A program made the position numbers and the translations under genes. This document shows, piece after piece, positions 8,801 through 18,956 of a DNA stretch of 54,818 nucleotides (positions are counted from its first letter, which is position 1; the number at the start of each line of letters is the position of its first letter). This stretch comes from Verrucomicrobiota bacterium (GTDB taxonomy: Bacteria > Verrucomicrobiota > Verrucomicrobiia > Opitutales > JABDGR01): assembly GCA_013285985.1 (NCBI GenBank), contig JABDGR010000003.1, forward strand, positions 1 to 54,818, read 5' to 3'. The notes below the pieces were generated by a model that was given only the letters and a program-made list of their open reading frames with translations, was not told the origin of the DNA and ran no database searches.

Positions 8801-11800
8801 TTAGTTTGTTGGTGGTGTCCACTGGCCAGGATCCTGATTCCAACCGGATGAATCCAATAAGCCTCTTTCGGCATTTAGATAAGCCCCTCCTGTGTCATCC
8901 ATGTCGGAAGCATCTCGAATCGACAACCCCAAATCCATAATATCTTGGAGCTTGCCGAGATTTACTTGCAGGTTCGCTTCCATCGGATCGACATCAAACC
9001 AGTTTCTTAATGTAAATTCGCCTGGATTTAATGCCCCAGGTTGATCCAGGGCGCTGCCACGACCGATGACCAATCCAGATTCACCCCGTTCCCACGGTAG
9101 CGACTGGCCAAAATCCAACTCTAACTGCGTCGGCGATGCTGGCGAATTGGTCGTTAACCCACCCGGTGGCGTCGGCGATGCCGGCGCATCAGCAACCGGG
9201 TTTGACACACCTACAGACGGATCCGCTGCGGGAGCCGGGGGAGTGTCTGTGACAGGTGCAGGTCCAAGCGACTCTGTACCTGCTGGTGCCGTCGTCGCCG
9301 GAACATCTGGTGGTGGTTGAGCTGAGGGCTTGGGCGATGCAGCCCCTGGTGCATCCGGGGGAGCATCCGCCGGGGCATCAACATCTGCTCCGGCACCACC
9401 TAAAAGAACGAATCCTCCCACATTGGTCGCAATTCCTTTCGGAGTAGTGAAGGACTGACCAACCTGCTTCATTGTGTCCAACGCCGCGCCCCCGGCAGCC
9501 TTAAGAGCCGTCCCGGGATTTTGCACGATTGCGCCAATACCCGTGTTACCGGTCAAGGCGTCGCCCGCCAGATCGCCGATTTGCTGGTAACCACTGACCA
9601 CACCCTTGCCGATGGTATAGGGCGATTCCGCCAGGCCAACGGCATATTCCCCCGCTCCTTGCGCTGCCCCTGAACCGAACGCGCCAAACCACTCTCCCAT
9701 AGTAAGAGGAGTTCCTAAAAAGAGCCCTTGAGCGTCGAAACAGGTCCAGGGGTTTTGGCGCACGTAGGCGTAGAGGTTGGGGCCGTCGATGAAGCCGGCG
9801 GGGTCCTTGGTGAGGAAGCGGTCGGCGCCCATGAGGAAGTCGCGCATGCCTTCGTTGATGATGCCGGGGGCGTCCTCGCTCTTGGTGTTGGCGAAGAGGT
9901 CGCCCTGGTTGACGCCCTGCCAGTCCACGGCCGCGGGGGTGGCGGGCGACTGCGTCCATTCCTCGGCGCCCCAGGCGCGGGGGGCGAGGCCCTGGCCCGC
10001 GGCTTCGTGCTCGCCGAAGGCGTTGTAGGCCGACTGGCTGACCAACTGGCCGGTGTCGGCCGTTTGCGCGACGACGTCGCCGCGCCCATCATAATGGTAA
10101 TACTTGGCGGTGGGCGGATTGGAGCCGGACACAAACTCCGGATTGACGGCGTAGAGCACGCCGCCGACGCCCCCGCCCCAGTCGGAGCCGCGGACGTATT
10201 CATTTTGCAGGGTGAAGGCGCTCGAAGCGTAACTTTCGCTCCATACATTGGTGAAGTTGGCGGACACATACCGGCGCACGGACTCCCCGCCGGAGAAGGA
10301 AAAGAGCTGGCTGTTGCCGGTGTCCGGCGAATAGGCGTAATATGTACTGGAGACGCGCCGCGAGCGGTAATCGTAGGCGTAATTGCGGGAGCTATCATTA
10401 GCACTGGCGGGGAGGTTGGCGGAATAGTCCGTCACGTTACCGTTCGTGCTTTGACCAATTGCCACGAGCCGATTTTCGGCATCGTAATGAAAGCCGTAGT
10501 CGGTCCCGATCTCGTACGGATTGCCGTTACTGTCGACGGAGATATTGGTGGTTAAAGAGGTGACGGAGTCGTGGTAGCTGGTCAGCGCGTTGTCGCTGCG
10601 GTAAGTGTAGGTGATGTTGGCGAGGGTGGTCGTCGTGTTGCTGATGGTTTGGGCCACCAGCTTGTTCGTGCGGTTGAAGCCGTTGTCATAAGTGTAATTG
10701 CTGGTGTAGGTGGTGGTGCCCACGGCGAGGGCCTCCGAGGTCAAACGGTTGTCGCTGTCGTAGGCGAGCTTGACCGTCCGGTTGCCGAGCTGGCCCTGGG
10801 GATAGGCCTCGTCCTGCTCCTTGAGGTTGGCAAATTCGTCATAGGCCAGATCGTAGTCATAGAGCGTCGAATTGCCGTTGGGGGTATCGTTCTTAATCTC
10901 CGTCTGCCGGCCGAGGGCGTCAAAGGTCGTGTCGATGTAGGCGCTATTGCCCTGGATGAGGCGGACGCGGTTGCCGGCGGCGTCGTAACGGTAGGTCGTC
11001 TGGCGGTCGGCGCCATCCACCAGGGTATCGAGGCGGTTGAGGTTGTCGTAGGTGGAGGTGAGGGTGTGCGCATCGCTGCGCCCGTAGCCGTAGGTGGCAG
11101 TGAGCCGGTTGCTCGCGGCGTCGTAGGTGTAGGTGTTGGTGAAGCCGTTCGAGAGATTGGAGGAGAGGTTCCCCAGCAGGGAGCCAAACGTGTTGGCGCT
11201 GAAGGTGCCGTTGAAAACCGCGCCCTCATTCTCCGCCAGCATGCGCCCGAGGCCATCGTAGGCGTAGGCCACGTTGCTCACCGTTGAATTGTTGGCATAA
11301 TTTTCGGCGACGGCAATGAGTTCGCCGGCGTTGTCGTAATGAAGCGCGCGCCCTTCGGTGCCGTAACTTGTGACGCCCCAGAGATTGATGGACTGAAGGC
11401 TGCCAGTATAAGACACGCCCGTCTGCCGGTTGCGCGAATCGTAGGTGTAGTTGGTGATGTGACCCAGCGCATCCGTCCGGCTGAGTTTGTTCAGGGCGTT
11501 GTAAGTGAAGGTCGTAGTGAGACTGCCCGGGTAAACCGTAGTCAGCAATCGGTCGAGGCCATCGTAGGTGAAGGTGTTGGCGTGGCTTAGCCCGTCCACC
11601 AGCGCCACGCGGTTGCCGGCTTCGTCGTAGAAATTTTTGACGATGATGCCGGCGGCGTCGGTGGTCGTCAGGAGGCGGTTGAGGGCGTCGTAGGTGTTGT
11701 TCGCGGAAATCCGGTCGAAGGTGGCGCTCGAAGCCGCAGCTGACGAGGCCGTGCCCTGATGCACGGAAAGCACGTTGCCGTTTTGGTCGTAGGCCCGGCC

Positions 11801-14800
11801 GGTGACCAGATGGTGCCCGGAGATCATCGTCCCATTGGCAGCCATGTAACTCACTGTGGGCGTGAAGGTGTAGGTCGGGCGATTGGCGTCGTCATAGAGG
11901 GTCACCGTGGTATTCCCGCGCGCGTCGGTGACGGAGGTTGGGTTGCCCGCAGCGTCGTAGGCGGTCAGCACCGTCGGGCTGACAAAGGTTCCGTTGGCGG
12001 AAGTGCTCCAGTCCTCCACCTCCGGCGCAATGGAGGCGATTTTCCGATTCCGCTCATCGTAAACAAACTCCGAAACGTGGCCCAAGGGGTCAATGACCTG
12101 CACGGCGTTGCCATTGGCGTCATATTGCGTCTGCGTGACGGAAGAATTGGAGGTAATGGCGCCCGTCACGGGATCGGGGGAAGTCGCCGCCACGAGGCGA
12201 CCGGCGGCATCGAACTGTTTTTGGCTGACGCGGCCCAATTCGTCGGTGGACTGGTAGGCAAAGCCGGTGGAAGTATAGGCGGTGGAGACGGTGGTGTTGT
12301 CGGTGAAAGTGGTTTGGGTGAGGCGGTTGAGGGCATCGTACTCATACGAGGTTGTTTCCACGTTGCCCCCGAGGCTGCCGATGGTGCCGCTGCCATCCGC
12401 GCTTACGGAGACGGAAAGCAAATTGCCCACCGGGTCATAAGACTTCTTGGACACGGCGTATTTGTTGCCGGAGGTGGCGAACTGCACGCTCTGCGCGACG
12501 GGGAGGTAGCGCTCATCGTAAGCGACGGTCGTGGTGTAGCCGCGCGGGTCCACGGTGCTGGTAGGCTTGAAAGAACTGGAATCGAACGCGTTGCCGCCGG
12601 GATTGGTGCCGTTGTAATAGTAATAGGTGTGCAAGGCGGTGCTCGAAGTCGCATTGCCCCCGGTGGCGTTGAAGCCGATGCCCACCGACGGCGTGGTCAG
12701 CTCGGTGAGGCGGTTGAGGCCGTCGTACGAATAGGTGGCGTTGCCGCCGTTCGGGTCGGTGACGCTCAGGCGCGCGCCGGTGTTGCTGTAGGTGTAGCTC
12801 GTGGTCAGATTGCCCAAGCTGCTGATTTCGTTCGTGCCATCCATGACCCGGGTCACCGACAGCACCCGGTTGAGCGGGTCGTAGGTCTTGGTGGTTTCGT
12901 GGCCCAGCTCATCGGTCTCCGTCAGGACGTTGCCGCGGCCGTCGTAGGTGTAACTGCGGGTCGAATTATCCGGATAAATCACCGAGGTCAGCCGGTGGCG
13001 GTGATCGTAGTTGAAGTAAGTGATATGGCCGTTCGGGTCGGTCTCGCTCAGCTTGTCGCCACCGGTTGAGTAAGTGTAGGAAGTGGTGAGGTTTAAGCCG
13101 GACGGATCCACGTGCTGGGCAGACACCCGACCGAGGGAGTCCAGGTCGTAACTGACCTCCATATCCTGCACCCAACCCGGGTCATCGGGATAGTCGGTAT
13201 AGTATGAGGAAAAGTTGACATCGCGGACAGTTTTATCGGTCACCACCCCCGGGAACGTCGTGTTGCCGTAGGCGTAATCTGTTTCGGAGGTGACGTTGGA
13301 GTAGGAATCCTCAAAATAGCTGTATTCGCCGTCGGCATGGATCTCGGTCAGGCGATTGTCAAACCCATCGAAATCGTAGTGCGTCGCGTGGCCGTTCTCG
13401 TCCATGATATCACTCATCTGGCGCGTATTATAAACGTAGGTGAATGTCTTGGTGATGTTTGTCGCGGTGCCGTTGATGGTAACGGTGCGCGTCTGGGAGG
13501 TCGGGTCATCGAAGTAGCCGAAAAAGCCGTTGCTCGAAGTGTCATATACCCCGGGCAGGGTGTGGACGTAGGCCGCTGGCACATTCCAGCTATCAGCATG
13601 GGTGAACGTCGTCGTGTGTCCGCTGAAATCGGTGGCGGACATGAGCGCCATTCCCGCCGCGGAGTCGAACTCGTAGGACTCGTTGCCGAGGGTCGTATTG
13701 CCATCCTTGTAAGTCAAGGTCAAGTTCCCCCAGGCGACCAATTCGTCCACCGAACCGGGCGACTCGGCGGCGATAACCGATGGAACATCCTGCAGCATCA
13801 CCGAAGGATTCGACCAGTTGTAATCGGTGACGTGGCCGTCGGCGTCGGTCACCACGGTGTGTCGCCGCCAGCCCGAGTTGAGGAGCGCTCCGGTATTGCC
13901 GAAGCCGACTTCAATGTAAGAATCATTCTCGAATTGGCCCAACGGGATGGTCGTATTGCCATTCGTCAGGGAAATATTTGCCACCATGAGTGGTCGTCCC
14001 GGGGTGAAATAATAATTCCCATAATTGTTGAAGCTGACGAAGCCAATGGGATGACTGTCAGACAAGTTACCGGTGTAACTATACTGGTAGTTGAAATGGT
14101 AGGTATTGGCATTCTGATCTTTGATTTGACTCAGATTGAGATGGTAAAAATCGCCGCCGGGATCCCCGCTCGGCCCGGGGGTCGAATCATCTTCGGTGGT
14201 GATGTTATAGGTGTAATTAGAGGTAACGTTCATCGCGTCGGTCACACTCGTCAGTTCATAAAAGTTGCCGGAGCCGACCGGGTCGGCAGTCTTGGTGTAA
14301 TTATATTGCGTGAGGTCTTGGTCGCTGTCCCAGACTTTTCTGACCAGGCCGTTTTCATCCTGCTGGATGTAAATGGTCATATTGCCGGCAGCGGTGGTGT
14401 CATTGCCGCCGGTGCCGGTGATGGTCTCGGGCACTAGCGTGTCATTGGCCGCGTAGGCATAGGTCAGATTTCCGACGCCAGCGAGCCCCGTCGCCGTGGT
14501 GGCGCGGAAATAGGAATAGGAAAACGCACCACTGCCTGGCAGCACCCGATCCATCGGGATGTTGCTGTAAACCCCGTCCAAATCCGCGTGTTCGTAAGTC
14601 ACGGTGGTGCCGAATTTTTTGGTCAAGGTAAGGGTGGCATTCGCAATGGTTTCATTGCCGCTCAACGCCGAAGTCATGGCCAAAGTGGCCAAGTAAGGAT
14701 TTTTCTCGTGCTTGCCCGTCGGGTAAGGGACAAAGGTGCAAAAATTGCCGGTGGCGTTCCAGACCCCGAGGAAGTGGTATTCATTGCCATTTTCATCGCT

Positions 14801-17590
14801 GGCATAAATATTGGGATAGGGGCTGTTGCTGGCCGATTCCCAGCGCAAAGAAGCCACGAGGTTGGATTGCCAGCCCGGGCCAAAAGGCTCGTCCGGACGT
14901 TCGTGGGGCCGCAGCCCGCGGCGGGAAGACCAGGTTTCCTCATTGTAAACGCGGTTCACCGTCAAGGGCAGATCCGTTCCGGGAATTTTTTCATAAACAT
15001 CGGATACACTGTGTCGGAGTCCGAGTGTCAACGCGTCCACAAAGGTCTCCTCGTCCTGCTGGTCGGACTCGCTGGCCGTCTGCGGCTTGCCATCGGGCAG
15101 CGGGCGGCCGTTGAGGGCAACCTTGCGGTATTCCGCGCCGGCAACTTCCTCATTCGCAGAGGAGAATGCGCCTGGAGACACGGCCTTTTGGATGGTGAAG
15201 GTCTTGCTGCCCAAGCTCAGGTTGCCGACCGCGTAGTAATCAACGGTGATATTGAAAGTATCCCCTTCGACCGCCGAGGGGGCATAGGCGTAGATGGTGT
15301 TCTCGGTATAATTGACACCATCTGGAACAGAGAAATCGTATTGCCGATCATCTATTTCCTCCCCATTGGCCAGAGGCCCAAATGTTCCGTCATCGGAATG
15401 CGTGCCCCATAATTGAAGCGCGCCGGCATCCGTTCCATTCCAGGAAACAATCACATGGTCGTAGGGATAGTCCGTGAGAAAATAATATGTCTGTTCGTTC
15501 AAATTCGGAATGAATAGCGGCGACAAAACTCCGCCGCCAAACTGGATGGTTCCGCCCAGCTCGGCTTGGCTGACGGGGCCGTAGGCGTCGAAAACGGTGG
15601 GAAACGGCTCCAGCATTGCGAACGCCGTGCCGTCCTCTCCGAAATTTAAATCGGGATTGAGGGTGCTGTCCGTGGAGTCCAAAGTTAAGCTGTCAGTTAC
15701 ATTACCACCAATAGTTATATTGGACGTCGCGGTCGTAATCGTCATGTTGCTTGGACCAATAATATAGGCGCCCTCATCATACTCCCAGGGGATAAACCCA
15801 ACATACCAATTGACCGTCGTGTTCACATCCGTCGGCAGATAGCTCAGGCGGTATTCATCGACGCTGTAACCAAAATAATAAGGATACCCCCAGAAAGCAT
15901 TGTTAAACCTCGCATCAACATCTCCGAGCTCCGGCGGGTAATAATGATTCCAACCACCATCTACCCAATCATCACTTACATCGGCGTCCCAATCATAGTA
16001 ATCTGGAGGAGCATACCAGGCAAAGGCTGCGTCTCCTTCATCATAAAACCACTCCGCGCAGCGGAAGTCGATGGATTGAATCAACGGCACATTATAGGCC
16101 ACGGCATTGCTCGTGCCGATGAGGGTGGACCCATTATAGGCCTCGACTTGATAGAAATACCGGTATCCTCCATAGGGGATGGTGTCGTTAGCCGTAAAGG
16201 TGGGGTCGAAGACATTGCCGGCAAAACTATCGAGGGCTTCCCAGGTTCCGTCTATCCCGACTTTGCGTTCCAATTGATAGGTGATATTGGCATTATAGCC
16301 GGCGGAGGCCCAGCCCAGGCTGACACTGGTGACATCGTCCGGGTCAAATTGTAATTGAAGATTATACGGCACGGCCCCGTTGGTAAACGGATCGACCTGG
16401 ATGCCGGCCAGGCTGCCCGTTCCGAGATAAGTGCCGTTGGCAGCGTAATTGCCGACTCCTTGTGTAATATTGCCGCTGCTGCCGCTGCTGCCGCTGCCGT
16501 TTTGGGTGAGGAAAAAGCTGGCATCGGCAAACAGGTTGGTGCTGGGGGCGGTGAAGTGGATCCATTGCGTGGCGCTGGTGTTGCCCATGGTGTAATTCAT
16601 GGAGATGTTGCCGTTGGAGTCCGTGACCAACGTCCCCGAGGTGCTGTTGACGCCGCTGATGGAGACGTGGCCGTCGCCGGGGAGGACCACATAGTGGATG
16701 GGAGCGCCAGTCACATTGCTGATGGTGCCTGAAACATTCTTGGCCAGGTGGGCAATGATGGATTGGCTGAGCGTGCTGCCGGCATTGCCGGACTGGGGGC
16801 TGCCCTGGGTGACAGTCAAAGCCAGGTTGGCGGCGATGTTGGCGGCGTAGATGTATTCCGTGGGATTCTCGCCGGCCACAAATTTGGTCCAATAGGTGAC
16901 ATTGTCGCCGAGGGTGCTGTTGGATTCATTGGACAAATTGGCGTCGGTGATGTTTAGCCCGAACGAACCAGCCCAGACGTAAAAGCCCAGCAGGTTATTG
17001 TTAGCGGCGTGATAAGTGGACAGGTCGAAGGAGAAGGCCATCTTGAGCTGGCCGAGGTTGGCGAGGTCAAGCCGTTGATTGAGCCAGTTGTTATAAGTGG
17101 TGGCGTTGTAACCCGTCTGCCCTGGGCCGGGTGGAATCGTATGCCAGGGGTAATAGGGCGGCGTAGTGTCGTTGGTCCAAAAAGCATCCGTATAGCCATT
17201 CGCTTCGAGGCTGGCCTTGGTGTTGAAGCCGAGGAAATTCAACCGGTCGTAAAAGGGCTTGGCGACATACTCAAGCTGGCCGATGGTGGCGGGGGCAAAA
17301 TTGGTGCTGGTGTTGGCAGTGAAGTTGGCCACGAGAGCGGTAACGTTCGACCCGGCGCCGCCGACCGCCGAAAAATACTGGTTTAAATAATTGCCCGCCT
17401 GGGAGGCGGTGTATTTGAGCTGCCCAAGGTTGAGCACCCCATAGTTGTTCGGCGTGGCGCTGGAGTTGATGATGGCGGTGCCATTGGTGGTGTCGCTCCA
17501 CCAAGCCGGGGGCGGGTCAGCCCAGACCCAAGCCGAGGCGCAGAGCAAAGTGACGAGTCCGCCAAGGAGAAGTGGATGGTCGCGGCGCAT
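8801..17590 (-). CDS. Large secreted RHS/YD-repeat polymorphic toxin
   Basis: Signal peptide from ATG 17590 (ORF open to 17656); Ig-like and FN3-like segments; many YD repeats; RHS core YYHYDGRGDV...RFLTKDPAGFIDGPNLYAYVRQNPWTCFDAQGL; ~306-aa C-terminal extension. Confidence 0.95.
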   Translation of the reverse strand: MRRDHPLLLGGLVTLLCASAWVWADPPPAWWSDTTNGTAIINSSATPNNYGVLNLGQLKYTASQAGNYLNQYFSAVGGAGSNVTALVANFTANTSTNFAPATIGQLEYVAKPFYDRLNFLGFNTKASLEANGYTDAFWTNDTTPPYYPWHTIPPGPGQTGYNATTYNNWLNQRLDLANLGQLKMAFSFDLSTYHAANNNLLGFYVWAGSFGLNITDANLSNESNSTLGDNVTYWTKFVAGENPTEYIYAANIAANLALTVTQGSPQSGNAGSTLSQSIIAHLAKNVSGTISNVTGAPIHYVVLPGDGHVSISGVNSTSGTLVTDSNGNISMNYTMGNTSATQWIHFTAPSTNLFADASFFLTQNGSGSSGSSGNITQGVGNYAANGTYLGTGSLAGIQVDPFTNGAVPYNLQLQFDPDDVTSVSLGWASAGYNANITYQLERKVGIDGTWEALDSFAGNVFDPTFTANDTIPYGGYRYFYQVEAYNGSTLIGTSNAVAYNVPLIQSIDFRCAEWFYDEGDAAFAWYAPPDYYDWDADVSDDWVDGGWNHYYPPELGDVDARFNNAFWGYPYYFGYSVDEYRLSYLPTDVNTTVNWYVGFIPWEYDEGAYIIGPSNMTITTATSNITIGGNVTDSLTLDSTDSTLNPDLNFGEDGTAFAMLEPFPTVFDAYGPVSQAELGGTIQFGGGVLSPLFIPNLNEQTYYFLTDYPYDHVIVSWNGTDAGALQLWGTHSDDGTFGPLANGEEIDDRQYDFSVPDGVNYTENTIYAYAPSAVEGDTFNITVDYYAVGNLSLGSKTFTIQKAVSPGAFSSANEEVAGAEYRKVALNGRPLPDGKPQTASESDQQDEETFVDALTLGLRHSVSDVYEKIPGTDLPLTVNRVYNEETWSSRRGLRPHERPDEPFGPGWQSNLVASLRWESASNSPYPNIYASDENGNEYHFLGVWNATGNFCTFVPYPTGKHEKNPYLATLAMTSALSGNETIANATLTLTKKFGTTVTYEHADLDGVYSNIPMDRVLPGSGAFSYSYFRATTATGLAGVGNLTYAYAANDTLVPETITGTGGNDTTAAGNMTIYIQQDENGLVRKVWDSDQDLTQYNYTKTADPVGSGNFYELTSVTDAMNVTSNYTYNITTEDDSTPGPSGDPGGDFYHLNLSQIKDQNANTYHFNYQYSYTGNLSDSHPIGFVSFNNYGNYYFTPGRPLMVANISLTNGNTTIPLGQFENDSYIEVGFGNTGALLNSGWRRHTVVTDADGHVTDYNWSNPSVMLQDVPSVIAAESPGSVDELVAWGNLTLTYKDGNTTLGNESYEFDSAAGMALMSATDFSGHTTTFTHADSWNVPAAYVHTLPGVYDTSSNGFFGYFDDPTSQTRTVTINGTATNITKTFTYVYNTRQMSDIMDENGHATHYDFDGFDNRLTEIHADGEYSYFEDSYSNVTSETDYAYGNTTFPGVVTDKTVRDVNFSSYYTDYPDDPGWVQDMEVSYDLDSLGRVSAQHVDPSGLNLTTSYTYSTGGDKLSETDPNGHITYFNYDHRHRLTSVIYPDNSTRSYTYDGRGNVLTETDELGHETTKTYDPLNRVLSVTRVMDGTNEISSLGNLTTSYTYSNTGARLSVTDPNGGNATYSYDGLNRLTELTTPSVGIGFNATGGNATSSTALHTYYYYNGTNPGGNAFDSSSFKPTSTVDPRGYTTTVAYDERYLPVAQSVQFATSGNKYAVSKKSYDPVGNLLSVSVSADGSGTIGSLGGNVETTSYEYDALNRLTQTTFTDNTTVSTAYTSTGFAYQSTDELGRVSQKQFDAAGRLVAATSPDPVTGAITSNSSVTQTQYDANGNAVQVIDPLGHVSEFVYDERNRKIASIAPEVEDWSTSANGTFVSPTVLTAYDAAGNPTSVTDARGNTTVTLYDDANRPTYTFTPTVSYMAANGTMISGHHLVTGRAYDQNGNVLSVHQGTASSAAASSATFDRISANNTYDALNRLLTTTDAAGIIVKNFYDEAGNRVALVDGLSHANTFTYDGLDRLLTTVYPGSLTTTFTYNALNKLSRTDALGHITNYTYDSRNRQTGVSYTGSLQSINLWGVTSYGTEGRALHYDNAGELIAVAENYANNSTVSNVAYAYDGLGRMLAENEGAVFNGTFSANTFGSLLGNLSSNLSNGFTNTYTYDAASNRLTATYGYGRSDAHTLTSTYDNLNRLDTLVDGADRQTTYRYDAAGNRVRLIQGNSAYIDTTFDALGRQTEIKNDTPNGNSTLYDYDLAYDEFANLKEQDEAYPQGQLGNRTVKLAYDSDNRLTSEALAVGTTTYTSNYTYDNGFNRTNKLVAQTISNTTTTLANITYTYRSDNALTSYHDSVTSLTTNISVDSNGNPYEIGTDYGFHYDAENRLVAIGQSTNGNVTDYSANLPASANDSSRNYAYDYRSRRVSSTYYAYSPDTGNSQLFSFSGGESVRRYVSANFTNVWSESYASSAFTLQNEYVRGSDWGGGVGGVLYAVNPEFVSGSNPPTAKYYHYDGRGDVVAQTADTGQLVSQSAYNAFGEHEAAGQGLAPRAWGAEEWTQSPATPAAVDWQGVNQGDLFANTKSEDAPGIINEGMRDFLMGADRFLTKDPAGFIDGPNLYAYVRQNPWTCFDAQGLFLGTPLTMGEWFGAFGSGAAQGAGEYAVGLAESPYTIGKGVVSGYQQIGDLAGDALTGNTGIGAIVQNPGTALKAAGGAALDTMKQVGQSFTTPKGIATNVGGFVLLGGAGADVDAPADAPPDAPGAASPKPSAQPPPDVPATTAPAGTESLGPAPVTDTPPAPAADPSVGVSNPVADAPASPTPPGGLTTNSPASPTQLELDFGQSLPWERGESGLVIGRGSALDQPGALNPGEFTLRNWFDVDPMEANLQVNLGKLQDIMDLGLSIRDASDMDDTGGAYLNAERGLLDSSGWNQDPGQWTPPTN

Positions 17591-17656
17591 GGGGTTTACG
17601 ATGACGCGAAAAAAGTTGGGGGAAATTGAGCGGGAAAAGCGCGGGCAAAGGGACAA

Positions 17657-18892
17657 TCAGTCGCCGAAGGTGCCCATGAGGATATCGCCTTGAGGTTCCA
17701 CCGACACATTGCCCGTGAAGTTCACGGTGTTGGTAAGGGTGGTGGACGTGCCGTTGAAGGTCGCGTTGCCATTGACAGTCAGGTTGCCGTTGAGCGTGGT
17801 ATTGCCGTTTTTCAGCATGACCAGCGCGTTGGAGAGATTGCCCGAGCTCGTGCCGTTGCCGATAACGAAGAGCGGGTCGGTGGAGACCCAGGTGGTATTG
17901 CCGGAACCTGAACCCGAAATTGCGGCGTTCCACTGGCCCACCACGATGGAATTGAAATAAGCCGCGGTGACATTGCTGCCGATGGCGAAGCTGCCGGCGC
18001 CGGAAGCGACCGTGCCGTTGCCGATGGCCAAGGCGTGGCTGCCGGTGGCGCTGCCACCAATCCCCAACGCCCCTGCGGAATTGTAGGTGCTAAACAAGGC
18101 GGAAGCGGTCACCGGGGTGATGCTGGCTGAACTGTTGGCCGTCGCGTTAAAGAACGTGAGAGACTGGCCGGTGACATTGATCGAAATGGTGCTGGAATTG
18201 CCGTCGCTAACCGTCAGCGTGCCGTTGGTATTATTCAGGGCGATATTGCCATTCTGCGGTTCAAACGTCAGGTTGTGGCCACTGGTGGGATTGTTAATCG
18301 TGAGATTGCCGCTGTTGGCCAGGGTCATCTGGGTTTCCAGCACCGAGGAATTGGACATGGCGGCGAGCCCGTTTTGCTGCCAGACCCAGGTGGTGTTGCC
18401 GTCGTACCCGGTAAAATAAATGGTGGGGTAATAATAGGAGCCGCTCTTGTTCTGGCTGATATTGAAGGCCGGGGTGTCGGTGCTCGTATAGGTCAGGTCG
18501 CCCAGGTCCAGGCTGCTGTGCAGCCAGGAATTGGCCACGCCCCAGGACTCGGACATGCCCGGCGAAAAGCCGGAGGTCAGTTCAAAGTTTCCGGTGATGG
18601 CGAACGAAGTCGCGTAATTGCCATACACATTGTTGGCGTAAACATTTCCGACATTCAAGTTGTTGGTTATATTAACGGAATCGCCGACGGACAGCGTCTG
18701 GCTGACATTCAGATTGTCATCCACCCAGACGTTGCCGTTGACTTCAGCATCGCTTTCAAAATAGGAGGTGCCGGAAAAAACATTGTTGGGATCTGAAATG
18801 AAATCCTGGGCGTTGAGCCGAGGGCTGGCCAAGACGAAGAAGCCCAGCAACAGCAGGCCGAAAAAGCGCGGGAGAAATGTGGTGGTTTTCAT
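17657..18892 (-). CDS. Secreted beta-rich fibre/adhesin-like protein with YadA-head-like repeats
   Basis: Signal peptide; ALAIGNGTVASGAGSFAIG repeats; DPLFVIGNG; GNLTVNGNAT repeats; ends VEPQGDILMGTFGD. Confidence 0.8.
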   Translation of the reverse strand: MKTTTFLPRFFGLLLLGFFVLASPRLNAQDFISDPNNVFSGTSYFESDAEVNGNVWVDDNLNVSQTLSVGDSVNITNNLNVGNVYANNVYGNYATSFAITGNFELTSGFSPGMSESWGVANSWLHSSLDLGDLTYTSTDTPAFNISQNKSGSYYYPTIYFTGYDGNTTWVWQQNGLAAMSNSSVLETQMTLANSGNLTINNPTSGHNLTFEPQNGNIALNNTNGTLTVSDGNSSTISINVTGQSLTFFNATANSSASITPVTASALFSTYNSAGALGIGGSATGSHALAIGNGTVASGAGSFAIGSNVTAAYFNSIVVGQWNAAISGSGSGNTTWVSTDPLFVIGNGTSSGNLSNALVMLKNGNTTLNGNLTVNGNATFNGTSTTLTNTVNFTGNVSVEPQGDILMGTFGD

Positions 18893-18956
18893 GGCGGATT
18901 GGGTAAAAAATGAGTTGGTTAGTTTATGGGAAAGAATTTATGCGTGGAGGAATGGT

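Noticed and set aside
9728-16957. Multiple long plus-strand ORFs within the RHS gene
   Set aside because: Antisense shadows lacking motifs; no orphan CT/immunity cassettes recognised.
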